Below are positions 18,761 through 28,083 of a DNA stretch of 64,000 bases, in pieces. Under the pieces are notes generated by a model. It made no database searches, was not told where the DNA came from, and saw only the letters and a program-made list of their open reading frames with translations. Numbering within the stretch: the stretch's first letter is position 1; each line of letters starts with the position of its first letter. The DNA is taken from the IMG/VR virus record IMGVR_UViG_3300045538_000426, positions 32,001-96,000 of that record; one strand, given 5' to 3'. Both the position numbers and the translations under genes were made by a program. Source of the stretch: a virus.

Positions 18761-19840
18761 ATGAATATAGAATTCGACGTCACATTAAACTGCAATTTCA
18801 GTTGTTTGAATTGTAATCGACATAGCAATTTCAATTCGCTTGAAAATCCACACGACCACACCAAGTCAGCTGGCCTCAATTATTACGACAATACAAACGT
18901 ATCAATGAACGCGGTAGATAAGTTAATTTCCGACGTTAAGTTACATGGTGGTATAAAAAGAATCCATGTTATAGGTGGGGAACCGTTGACACATCCCGAG
19001 ATAGACAAGATAGTGGACAAGCTTCGTGATGAATTGTTGGGGTTGTATGTTCCCGATATTGTCATTATTTCAAATCTTCACCCGAAAATGATAAAAGCGG
19101 GAACATTGGATACCCCAAAACAAATTGTTCAAAACTTTCCATTTGATAGAATCGACACTATACAATGGGGATATACACCGTCGTTCTTGCCTGCTTTAAT
19201 GAAAGCTTTGGCTGATTTGTTGAAATCTACGGGGATGACAACCGATGTTTTATCTGATAAATTATCGGAGTTAGTCGTTCAAGAAGACCCAAATAAAAAG
19301 ACAACTGCACATGATATACTGTCTACTGTAAAGATGTTCAGGGGGATGCTAGTTTCTAACTTCACGATGTTAGCTGATAAATCAGACGTTCACAGATGTT
19401 CCCTTGTATCTCCATATGACTCTGGTCAAGAAATGATTCCACTGTGTAACATACCAAATAAATGTGGGACAAATTATTCATTCGATGGATACTGGCCGTG
19501 TTCGCAAGGTGCCGCGATAGCTAGGATGTTCAATCTCACTCAATATAATCGAAAAGACATACCGATGAAGTTTGAGGATTGGGGAGATGTTGATTCTAAA
19601 GGAAATGCTATTGTAAACTCGAAGTCAAATATGTGGGAATTGTGCAAACACTGTCAACTGTCTGCAAAAACCAAGATGTTAGAGAAAGACCATGGTAGAC
19701 CGATATCCATAAGTTATAGGAAGGCATTGGGTATAGAGGGAGATTCAAAGCCATCGTCTCCCCACGTTGTTCCAAGTCATAAGAAAAATCTAGCCACGTC
19801 GATATACTTAGAAAAGTGTGAAACTGAATGTAAATCCTGA
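18761..19840 (+). CDS. Radical SAM protein with C-terminal Cys cluster
   Basis: CNFSCLNC (CX3CX2C), IGGEPLTHP, and C-terminal C..C..PC..C..C. Confidence 0.85.
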   Translation: MNIEFDVTLNCNFSCLNCNRHSNFNSLENPHDHTKSAGLNYYDNTNVSMNAVDKLISDVKLHGGIKRIHVIGGEPLTHPEIDKIVDKLRDELLGLYVPDIVIISNLHPKMIKAGTLDTPKQIVQNFPFDRIDTIQWGYTPSFLPALMKALADLLKSTGMTTDVLSDKLSELVVQEDPNKKTTAHDILSTVKMFRGMLVSNFTMLADKSDVHRCSLVSPYDSGQEMIPLCNIPNKCGTNYSFDGYWPCSQGAAIARMFNLTQYNRKDIPMKFEDWGDVDSKGNAIVNSKSNMWELCKHCQLSAKTKMLEKDHGRPISISYRKALGIEGDSKPSSPHVVPSHKKNLATSIYLEKCETECKS

Positions 19841-20762
19841 GTTCGGAATAGAACTAGCCCTAGCAGTTCCTTACGCTTACTGGTTACACCTAAACGGTGA
19901 ACTTGAATCTGTAACGACGTCCCGTGGAATGCGTCCCTTCTATTACTTCTGCAATGACGTCCGGGAAGATTATCAGACGAGAAGCATTGATAACGTAGCC
20001 GCATTGCAGAATGTGCCGAATCAGTGGATACACCACAATGCTATGGCTATAACAGGAAAAGATTATAGTGACATGACCTCCGAAGAACAGTCATCGGTGA
20101 ATGGCGTCCTAGATTATTCCAAGTGGTCACCCGTTCCATTCCGAGAACATTACAAAAACGAGGAGTTTAAGTTTAAGAAACCGACTGTTTTTATAACCAA
20201 TAAGTTCAACATAGAACACGGCGAACCTCCGATGGGATATTTTGATATAGAGTGTTTATATGAGATGTTCAAATATCTCACTGAGAAGGGATATACCGTC
20301 GTTTATAAAAGAGCCACGAATCGTGAGAAGGAGTTTTCTTTAGATTCAAATGAGGAGATGTCTCTCAGAGACGGTTACTTAGATATACAAGCTGATGTAG
20401 ACGGAGTCGGTGTTATGACGGATTTCCAATTAACAAAACACTTTGACGATGTTATTTTGGTGGATGACTTGGTCAGTAAATCTAAGTTATCATATAACGA
20501 AACTCAACTTAGAATAATGGCAAACTGTGATAAATTCATAAGTGTTTGTGGTGGGAATTCAATTTTGTCTTCCATGTTTGGTGGAACTGTGATAAGTTAC
20601 ATCCACAAAGGTAAGGAATTGAGAAAAAATTACTTTGGTGAGAACAGTTATTTCCGAAAGTTATCCGGAGCAAATGTCATCCCCGTAATAGATCCGGACG
20701 TTATGAAAACCGGCATTCACAATTACTCAAGCCTTAAATCCGCTATACTAACTAATTTCTAA
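19818..20762 (+). CDS. Glycan-related protein, probable GT-B-like (GT9-like C-terminus)
   Basis: QLRIMANCDKFISVCGGNSILSS; coupled to the GT cluster; GTG start. Confidence 0.45.
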   Translation: MKLNVNPEFGIELALAVPYAYWLHLNGELESVTTSRGMRPFYYFCNDVREDYQTRSIDNVAALQNVPNQWIHHNAMAITGKDYSDMTSEEQSSVNGVLDYSKWSPVPFREHYKNEEFKFKKPTVFITNKFNIEHGEPPMGYFDIECLYEMFKYLTEKGYTVVYKRATNREKEFSLDSNEEMSLRDGYLDIQADVDGVGVMTDFQLTKHFDDVILVDDLVSKSKLSYNETQLRIMANCDKFISVCGGNSILSSMFGGTVISYIHKGKELRKNYFGENSYFRKLSGANVIPVIDPDVMKTGIHNYSSLKSAILTNF

Positions 20763-20763
20763 T

Positions 20764-21936
20764 ATGAATATAAGCTTCATTCAACCCTCCCGTGATAATC
20801 TGAAATACCTGAAGTGGTCATACGCTTCTATACGAAAGAATCTCGCCAATAAGGAACATGAGATATGCGTCGCCGACGACTTCAGCCACGATGGCACAGA
20901 GGAATGGTGCAAAGAAATGGTCAAGTCAGACCCGTATTTTAAGTTTATACGAAATAATGGACCTACTCGATTGGGTCACACGATATTGTATGACAGACTG
21001 ATTAATGACGTTGCAACCAATGATGTTGTTATGATTTGGCACGCTGACATGTATGCGTGTCCCGGGTTGGATACGCAAATAGAGAACCATATCAAACCAG
21101 GTGTGGTCGTTAGCCTAACGAGGATCGAACCTCCTCTCCATCCACCGGGTCCAGAAAAGATAACCGCTGCCTTCGGAGAGGAACCGGAAGATTTTGACGA
21201 AGAAAAATTTCTAAAATGGTTTAAATTAGCAGTAACATCCTATAAAGATAAGACCACCGAAGGTATATTTGCGCCTTGGGCTATATACAAGAAGGACTTC
21301 CAATCTATCGGTGGGCACGATTCACTCTTCGCCCCACAATCCAAGGAGGATAGTGACATATTCAATCGATTTCTATTAAATGGATACAAGTTCATCCAAA
21401 CCTGGGAAGGATGTGTATATCACATGACATGTCGGGGAAGCAGATTTAACCCTACTCTCACGGAGGTTGGAAAGGAAAGTCAAGAGTGGTTGAAGCAGAA
21501 TAACCGAAGTGCTAGGAATTTTATAAGAAAGTGGGGGCACTTCGTTAAACACGACTCTTATATGAAGCCCATCGTTCCGAAACTATACAAAGTAGGGTTT
21601 GTGATACGTAATATAAACGACCCGATGTTATCTGTGCTCGAACCTTGGTGTGGAACTTTATATTCCGATGTTAATTATGACAAATATATAGAATCGGAAC
21701 AGCCTAATACCAAATTTGACTTGCGCTCCAAGTTAAAGAAGTTATCGGAAGTCGGAGATGATGATGTAACTGTGGAGTTTGATGCTAGGGAATTTACGAA
21801 CAATCATTTCAATTTAATATCAAACTTGTCGGATGTTGTAACCGAGACTGGTGAGCCAGGCACATTTGAGTTCTCCATATTTAAAATAACTATCAATTCC
21901 ACAACTTCTCGCGAACTGAGTCTCATAAAGTTATGA
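20764..21936 (+). CDS. GT2 glycosyltransferase
   Basis: EICVADDFSHDGT, IWHADMY, PWAIYKKDFQSIGGHD and EDSDIF. Confidence 0.9.
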   Translation: MNISFIQPSRDNLKYLKWSYASIRKNLANKEHEICVADDFSHDGTEEWCKEMVKSDPYFKFIRNNGPTRLGHTILYDRLINDVATNDVVMIWHADMYACPGLDTQIENHIKPGVVVSLTRIEPPLHPPGPEKITAAFGEEPEDFDEEKFLKWFKLAVTSYKDKTTEGIFAPWAIYKKDFQSIGGHDSLFAPQSKEDSDIFNRFLLNGYKFIQTWEGCVYHMTCRGSRFNPTLTEVGKESQEWLKQNNRSARNFIRKWGHFVKHDSYMKPIVPKLYKVGFVIRNINDPMLSVLEPWCGTLYSDVNYDKYIESEQPNTKFDLRSKLKKLSEVGDDDVTVEFDAREFTNNHFNLISNLSDVVTETGEPGTFEFSIFKITINSTTSRELSLIKL

Positions 21937-22097
21937 GGGGATTTAAGAAACTGTTGATTAAGTGCTTTGACTCCAATGAAAATGGGAAATTGGAGTGGGG
22001 TGAGATAATATACCCGTTGACAGCGTTATTTATTTTCGAATTGTTATCAGGAATCATCGCAAACTTTCTATATGATATCATAAAGGGGGCTCGGTGA
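21933..22097 (+). CDS. 54-aa membrane protein with an EF-hand-like loop (below the ORF-track cutoff)
   Basis: Manual translation MRGFKKLLIKCFDSNENGKLEWGEIIYPLTALFIFELLSGIIANFLYDIIKGAR; coupled on both sides (ATGA and GTGA overlaps). Confidence 0.6.
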   Translation: MRGFKKLLIKCFDSNENGKLEWGEIIYPLTALFIFELLSGIIANFLYDIIKGAR

Positions 22098-22432
22098 GTA
22101 TACACTGGGGGTTTATTTCCATCCACGTATTGGCGTTGCTGATATGGTTGAGAACCGAAGCGGTGGTTGAATATGGAAGAATTTTGGGATTATCAAAATT
22201 TCTAAAAATTGACGATTATGATGAGAAACGTCTTTCCAATTTTGAGTTGGATTACATACTTTACCTAAGAACATTCCACGACAGTTTCATCATTAGACTC
22301 ATCACATGTCCAATCTGTCTCATGTGTTGGCTGACCTCGCCGGCTATAGTTTTATATGGCTTGTCCTCATATTCCGCAGATGTGTTGATTACCTTATTCT
22401 TTTACTATTTATTAGTAAAAGTAATGAGATGA
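22094..22432 (+). CDS. Membrane protein with CPxC motif (DUF1360-like)
   Basis: Hydrophobic segments plus RLITCPICLMCW. Confidence 0.55.
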   Translation: MSIHWGFISIHVLALLIWLRTEAVVEYGRILGLSKFLKIDDYDEKRLSNFELDYILYLRTFHDSFIIRLITCPICLMCWLTSPAIVLYGLSSYSADVLITLFFYYLLVKVMR

Positions 22433-22719
22433 ATAACATCAAGATCAACCACTTCACTGACTTATTTAACCTGATTAACTCGGTGGGATTGTCAAACGTT
22501 CATCCATTTGATAATTTTGATAAGACTGTAAGACGTTACGTAGCATTATGTGGATGTGATAGGGCAGCGGAGAAACAACAGGCCGGTAAAGATGCGTCGA
22601 AATTGTATTCGTCTTTGATACGCAACGAAATATCACAACATATTCAGTTGATTAAATCAAAGAAGCAAGCGATATCTATCAGTTTTTTTGAAGACGGTAA
22701 GCTAGCAGTCAAGTATTAA
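22429..22719 (+). CDS. Hypothetical protein
   Basis: ATG at 22429 overlaps the upstream stop; MNNIKINHFTDLF... Confidence 0.55.
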   Translation: MNNIKINHFTDLFNLINSVGLSNVHPFDNFDKTVRRYVALCGCDRAAEKQQAGKDASKLYSSLIRNEISQHIQLIKSKKQAISISFFEDGKLAVKY

Positions 22720-23645
22720 TCCTCCTTAGCATCACAGACGACCTTTTTATGTGGACAATACTTGCAGTTCTTCTTTCCTTTGCCGGGAACTTTAGGAAAC
22801 GAACCGTCTACTTTAAAAGATCCATCTTCAACAAAGCATTCTTCCACAAACGAAGTGAATCCTTTTAGAGAGTCGACTACCGCTGGTCTATTGCTGCACG
22901 GTGAGAACAATTGAATACGACTTTGTGGAAATTTCACATCGCTGAATAATTTCCGTTTTAGGATGAAAAATTCTACTTCAATGTCTTCCAGAGGTACCTG
23001 AAGTTTCTTACTGTAAAAGGCCTTGTAGATTATCAATTGACTGTATTTACTCTCATCCTCTTTCATGTAACTATTCCATCCACTCGATGAGGTTTTGAAG
23101 TCTATGATTTTGTATTTTCCCGTGGATTTGTCTCTGAGAACTATATCCAAAAATCCTACGAATTGGACATTATACTTAATGTCTATCTCAAGGGGAACTT
23201 CAGCTCCTATGAATTCATATTTCTTACTGGGAAAATTCTTCAGTCGGTTAGATGGTTTTGAGAACTCACCCAAGACGTCCTGCGCGTCAAAACAGAATTC
23301 GGTATACTCATCCTCTGTATATTTCAGTGTCTTGGTGGAACCATCTAACAATTCTCTGTCAAATGCGGTCTTGAAAATATCAAATAATTTTATCGAATCG
23401 GCCTCAACGTGACCTTTTGTGTAGAGAACTTCGAGGTATAACTGAAGAGCCTCGTGAATTGCAGTTCCGAAACATGTATTTACCGATCCCTCAAATTTAC
23501 GAAGATTCTGCAGATAATCATGTTTCCACTTAGCAGGGCAACGAAACCATGTCGCATACTGTGAATAACTCACTCTCTTCTTTTTTATAACGGGAACGGA
23601 TTCGTCCATATACCCCACTATAAGTGGTTTTTGACGAAAGTCCAC
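22716..23645 (-). CDS. PD-(D/E)XK exonuclease, Cas4/AddB-like with Fe-S cysteines
   Basis: SYSQ..CP, GTAIH, E..GFLD..IIDFKT, QL..Y and C-terminal CKYCPHKKVVC. The start may be the ATG at 23609. Confidence 0.85.
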   Translation of the reverse strand: MDFRQKPLIVGYMDESVPVIKKKRVSYSQYATWFRCPAKWKHDYLQNLRKFEGSVNTCFGTAIHEALQLYLEVLYTKGHVEADSIKLFDIFKTAFDRELLDGSTKTLKYTEDEYTEFCFDAQDVLGEFSKPSNRLKNFPSKKYEFIGAEVPLEIDIKYNVQFVGFLDIVLRDKSTGKYKIIDFKTSSSGWNSYMKEDESKYSQLIIYKAFYSKKLQVPLEDIEVEFFILKRKLFSDVKFPQSRIQLFSPCSNRPAVVDSLKGFTSFVEECFVEDGSFKVDGSFPKVPGKGKKNCKYCPHKKVVCDAKED

Positions 23646-23656
23646 TACTTATACCC

Positions 23657-24421
23657 ATGAGATGTATTATACTATTTGTTCTGTTGTTTTTTACTTATCT
23701 TGGTGTCGCTGACGAGATACCATCACCATCGTATATTCTAAAGACGGTGGGTAAGGTAGATAGAGTCGTTTTTTACGATAGTGGAAAAATCGAAACCAAC
23801 AACCTCGTCGTAGGTTCGACGTATCAAGTTAAAGATGCACAGTCGGATTACATCACGGGAACAAATTCATCCGTGGTCTTTTCCATTTCCGATGATGTTG
23901 TGTTACATGTAGAAGAAAACAGCGAATTTAAGATACATACGTCAACCGCTGAACTCGCTGCTTCGTCAATTCCAATGAAAGCGAAGTTTTCGAATAAGAA
24001 CCATGTAATGTCATTGATGAACGGTACAGTCGACATAATAAACTTTTCTACAAACGGAACGTTTTTGTTACAAACTCCACGGGTATCACTTACAATTAAA
24101 CAGGGAAAATACCGAGTGATTGTGCAAGGAAAGACAACCATTGTTGCGACGATTGAAGGCATCGCCATATTACATAAGTTGGTGGATATTAAAACGGGAA
24201 ATGTGGACGCGGGTAAGTTTGCACACATCACTACATATTACAGTCTTCTCGGGAAAGGAATGGACCTGGCAAACAACGGAAAAGCGACCGCTTCCATTGG
24301 ATCGATTGAGCCAGATGATATGAAGAAAATGTCGGATTCGTTCGACGGAGTCGTGAAACTTCATGGTTCTTTTATTTATATAGTAGATGGTGGAAAAATC
24401 CTCGGTGTTAAAATTCATTGA
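23657..24421 (+). CDS. Secreted FecR-domain protein
   Basis: Signal peptide MRCIILFVLLFFTYLGVA; FecR-like ..TGTNSSV.F..L.VEENSEF..L.NGTV..TPRV.L..GKY..TIVATIEG. Confidence 0.65.
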   Translation: MRCIILFVLLFFTYLGVADEIPSPSYILKTVGKVDRVVFYDSGKIETNNLVVGSTYQVKDAQSDYITGTNSSVVFSISDDVVLHVEENSEFKIHTSTAELAASSIPMKAKFSNKNHVMSLMNGTVDIINFSTNGTFLLQTPRVSLTIKQGKYRVIVQGKTTIVATIEGIAILHKLVDIKTGNVDAGKFAHITTYYSLLGKGMDLANNGKATASIGSIEPDDMKKMSDSFDGVVKLHGSFIYIVDGGKILGVKIH

Positions 24422-24445
24422 CTTTCAACGGTGATTTGTTATCAT
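24418..24445 (+). promoter_or_regulatory. sigma70-like promoter upstream of the DNA polymerase operon
   Basis: TTGACT-N16-TATCAT with TG just before the -10 box. Confidence 0.6.
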
Positions 24446-24452
24446 ATGTTTC

Positions 24453-24680
24453 GTGAGCACCGAAACACTTAGAGAACTTACACCGGAAGAACTTGATCTG
24501 TTACTTTCTATAGTAAATACAACCACGCCCAAATTGACATCGTATGATTTACATCCGATGGATCTCCGACTCATACATGGTTGGAAACTCAAAGAGATTT
24601 TCGGAAAAGCCGAGTCAAAATTGAAGGATGAGGAAAAAGTTGTGGTAAAATCCATCATCGGTAAGTTAGGAATGTCATAA
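24453..24680 (+). CDS. Hypothetical protein
   Basis: 75-aa ORF with GTG start that fills the gap before the polymerase. Confidence 0.55.
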   Translation: MSTETLRELTPEELDLLLSIVNTTTPKLTSYDLHPMDLRLIHGWKLKEIFGKAESKLKDEEKVVVKSIIGKLGMS

Positions 24681-24682
24681 TC

Positions 24683-27211
24683 ATGTATCAAAACATTTTC
24701 GTAGATAAAAAGAGTGAGACGGTTTTCATATGGGATGATAAATTGGGTCTTATTCAAATTCCAGTCGACCAAGCAACTTACGCCTATCGTAGGTGTTCCG
24801 GCGGACGTTACCGTTCTCTATACGGCGATGAATTGGAAAAGATTTCTAAGTTTTCTCCACGGGATCCATCTCTATTTGAATCCGATGTCCCATTAACCAC
24901 TCGTGTTTTAATAGATGCATATGAGGATTCAGATGAACCATCAACCGGCCACACGACGCTTTTCTTGGATATAGAAATAGATGTCACCGACGGATTCTCT
25001 ACACCGGAGGATGCTGGAAACGAGATAACGGCTATTGCTATATATGACGACATCACGGCGAAATATACGGCGATGATTCTTGATAAACAGATGCGGGTTA
25101 CCGACTCCCAAAAAGACGGTGTCTCTGTTCTTCGATTCGACAATGAAGAGTCGCTTCTCTCTCATTTTTTGACAAAGATAGAGGAAATCAGACCAACGAT
25201 AATAACCGGTTGGAACGTGGCTCAATATGATATGCCATATCTGTTCAACCGAATTACTACTGTTTTGGGGCGGAGAAGTGCTCAACGGTTATCTCCCATT
25301 AATATCGCTTATGTAAACCCCCGTGAAGGAGAAGTTGTTCTCGCTGGCGTGTCGGTTCTCGATTATTTGATTCTATATAAGAAATTCATCGGTAGAAATG
25401 AATCGAATTACACACTCGGTGCCATTGGAAAACGAGTGGTTAAGATGGAAAAGATAAGTTACAGTGGAAATTTACAAGACTTGTTCAATTCCGATATTAA
25501 TCGTTACATTGAATACAACCTAAACGACGTTCAGATAGTGGTTGCGTTGGATAAGAAGTTGAAATTTATAGATTTGGCTAGAAACGTGTGTCATACGGGA
25601 CATGTTCCATATGAATATTTCGGTATGTCAAGTCGTTATATCGAAGGTGCGATGTTACTTTATTTGAGAAGGACCGGATTGGTCGCTACGAATAAGTCAT
25701 TGGAGGGACAGGCCGACTTTGCAAGACGAACTGAGGAGTCGGAAGAAGGGTTTGAAGGAGCATACGTCAAGGATCCTGTTCCGGGAAGATATGATTGGGT
25801 ATATGACTTGGATTTAACTTCCATGTATCCGAATATCATGATTAGTCTCAACATCAGCCCGGAGACGGTCATTTCCAAAGTAGAAGATTGGAATGTAGAA
25901 CGGTATTTGAAAGGTGACTACAAATCTGTGAAAATGGGTGGGTCTGAATACGACATTGTTGATTTCAAGAAAATGATGGATGAGAAAAAGTTCTCTATCG
26001 CTTCAAATGGTGTAATTTATAGAAACGATAAGCCGGGATTGATACCGGCCATCCTTATAAAATGGTTCGATGAACGAAAATCCCTCCGTAAGCTCGCTAA
26101 GAAATATGCGGAGGACGGTGATATGGAGAAACATGAATTTTACGACAACCGACAACGTGTTCAGAAAATTCTACTTAACAGTGCATACGGTGTGTTGGGA
26201 CTTGAGGTATTTCGTTTTTACAACAAAGATAACGCGGCAGCAGTAACACTTACGGGTCAGGATATAATCAAGACCACAAACAAAGCCATCAATCTATATT
26301 ACAAAAACATATTGAACGTAGACAATGATTATGTGGTGTATGTCGACACCGATTCCGTATTCGCTTCAGCCGTTCCAATCATTGAACATTCTATGCCGGA
26401 GGTAGATTTGAAAGACGATGTTCAGATGACCGCTGCTATTCTGAAAGTTGCTGGTGAAGTTCAATTATTCGTCAACAAGTTTTATGATGTGATGGCTAAG
26501 AAGTTCTTTAATATAAGCACTCATCGGTTTGATATCAAACAAGAGGTTATTTCAAAGACAAGTTTTTGGTTGGCGAAGAAACGATACTGTCAGTTGATTA
26601 TAAACAAGGGAGGTCTTCCCGTGGACGAACTTGAAGTTAAGGGGTTTGACGTCGTTCGGACAAGTTTCCCCCTCGTGTTCAGAAAGTTCATGAATACGTT
26701 TCTGATGGGTCTGCTTAATAAGGTAGAACAACGCGTGATAGATGATACCATCGTAAAGTTTCTGGAAGAGATAAACACGTTGTCTATTTTGGATATGGCA
26801 AAAAGCACATCCGTAAAGTTCGTGAGTCTTGATAAAACAAAGAACTATGACCCCACATCACGGATTCCGTTTAACACGGTATTGGGAACGCCCGCTCAAG
26901 TCAAAGCCGCGTTGATGTATAATGATTTGATTGATAAATGGGGATTGGAAAAACATACTCAAAAGATATTCAATGGTCAAAAAATCAAATGGGTGTATTT
27001 GAAACAGAATGAATACGGAATCGATGCTCTCGCGTTTAAGGCTGACGGAAATGATTCGAAAGAGATATTGAGTTTTATAGATACCTACATAGACAGATCA
27101 GCGATGTACGACCAAGAACTGAAGACCAAACTCCAGGACTTTTACGCTGTATTGAAGTGGCAGTATCCAAGTTTGGAGAGCCGTAAAGCAGAAGAGTTTT
27201 TTAGTTTTTGA
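24683..27211 (+). CDS. polB: Family B DNA polymerase (T4 gp43-like)
   Basis: Exo I DIE, Exo II GWN..YD, Exo III YN.NDV, DLTSMYP, KILLNSAYG and YVDTDS. No intein insertion is evident. Confidence 0.97.
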   Translation: MYQNIFVDKKSETVFIWDDKLGLIQIPVDQATYAYRRCSGGRYRSLYGDELEKISKFSPRDPSLFESDVPLTTRVLIDAYEDSDEPSTGHTTLFLDIEIDVTDGFSTPEDAGNEITAIAIYDDITAKYTAMILDKQMRVTDSQKDGVSVLRFDNEESLLSHFLTKIEEIRPTIITGWNVAQYDMPYLFNRITTVLGRRSAQRLSPINIAYVNPREGEVVLAGVSVLDYLILYKKFIGRNESNYTLGAIGKRVVKMEKISYSGNLQDLFNSDINRYIEYNLNDVQIVVALDKKLKFIDLARNVCHTGHVPYEYFGMSSRYIEGAMLLYLRRTGLVATNKSLEGQADFARRTEESEEGFEGAYVKDPVPGRYDWVYDLDLTSMYPNIMISLNISPETVISKVEDWNVERYLKGDYKSVKMGGSEYDIVDFKKMMDEKKFSIASNGVIYRNDKPGLIPAILIKWFDERKSLRKLAKKYAEDGDMEKHEFYDNRQRVQKILLNSAYGVLGLEVFRFYNKDNAAAVTLTGQDIIKTTNKAINLYYKNILNVDNDYVVYVDTDSVFASAVPIIEHSMPEVDLKDDVQMTAAILKVAGEVQLFVNKFYDVMAKKFFNISTHRFDIKQEVISKTSFWLAKKRYCQLIINKGGLPVDELEVKGFDVVRTSFPLVFRKFMNTFLMGLLNKVEQRVIDDTIVKFLEEINTLSILDMAKSTSVKFVSLDKTKNYDPTSRIPFNTVLGTPAQVKAALMYNDLIDKWGLEKHTQKIFNGQKIKWVYLKQNEYGIDALAFKADGNDSKEILSFIDTYIDRSAMYDQELKTKLQDFYAVLKWQYPSLESRKAEEFFSF

Positions 27212-27252
27212 TTTATGTTATACTTCGAACGCAAAAACAACGATAAATAATT

Positions 27253-27510
27253 ATGAAATTCAGAACCCGCGCCGAAGATCCAGATTCACCGATGATTGAT
27301 ACCGACAATCTTCCTGACATGGACGCCTTGATTACGGAAAAAGTGATGGAACTCCGTAACTTATGTTATTCTGCTGGATACAGGTGTGTATTGACGGTAC
27401 AACAGAGATACAACGCCACTCTACGTAATGCTTGGTGCATCCATGATTTAGACGACGGTGAAAGTATATGTGACACTGTAAAGTCCGCCATGCAGGAAAG
27501 ACTGAAATAG
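27253..27510 (+). CDS. Hypothetical protein
   Basis: 85-aa ORF in the operon, AT-rich leader. Confidence 0.55.
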   Translation: MKFRTRAEDPDSPMIDTDNLPDMDALITEKVMELRNLCYSAGYRCVLTVQQRYNATLRNAWCIHDLDDGESICDTVKSAMQERLK

Positions 27511-27515
27511 GATAA

Positions 27516-27881
27516 ATGATTATGAAAATGCCAAATGCAATTCTTATAAATAAGACCGATTCTTCCACTGGAAAAAGGTGGAATGTAGTTTACATAAAAA
27601 CCGGTGTGGAGACTTATACTCACGTTGGTTCGGAATATGTAAAGACAGATGACATCACAAACTTTGACCCATTTGTAAATTGGTTGGATTATATACCCGA
27701 TAAGGAATGGGTTCATCCTGTGGTAGCCACTCCGTCTAATAATGGAGGTTGGAATTTATGTGCATTCGATGGATTCCACAACGCCACTTACAATGGGAAA
27801 GATACTACATTGGATTTCTTGTATAGTAACAATCTTCTATTTAAAATGTTCGATAAACTTCTGAAATCGTATGAAAAGTGA
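27516..27881 (+). CDS. Hypothetical protein
   Basis: 121-aa ORF in the operon. Confidence 0.55.
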   Translation: MIMKMPNAILINKTDSSTGKRWNVVYIKTGVETYTHVGSEYVKTDDITNFDPFVNWLDYIPDKEWVHPVVATPSNNGGWNLCAFDGFHNATYNGKDTTLDFLYSNNLLFKMFDKLLKSYEK

Positions 27882-28083
27882 CTTGCTGCATGCGTGTTTG
27901 CCACCTGATAGGGATGAAATTTATAGGTTATTAGATCTGTTTGAAAACGCCAAATACACGGAAAATTATATTGTTTCGTCGGTGATGAAACATTTTAGAG
28001 GAAGATGTAACCCTGTATTAGTGAGGGAGATTGTGTCGGAATATCTTGCTGCCCGCCCACGGCAGAAAATAAGAATAGTATGA
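27871..28083 (+). CDS. Small protein resembling the GatB/YqeY C-terminal helical domain
   Basis: IVSSVMKHFRGRCNPVLVREIV resembles the GatB tail GQVMK..KG.ANP..V.EI. Confidence 0.5.
   Translation: MKSDLLHACLPPDRDEIYRLLDLFENAKYTENYIVSSVMKHFRGRCNPVLVREIVSEYLAARPRQKIRIV

Noticed and set aside
24373-24380. TATTTATA inside the FecR gene
   Set aside because: Intragenic, and the following ATG opens only a very short ORF; likely chance.
24683-27211. Intein or intron in the DNA polymerase
   Set aside because: All motifs are at normal spacing in an 842-aa ORF, with no splicing motifs or LAGLIDADG insertion.
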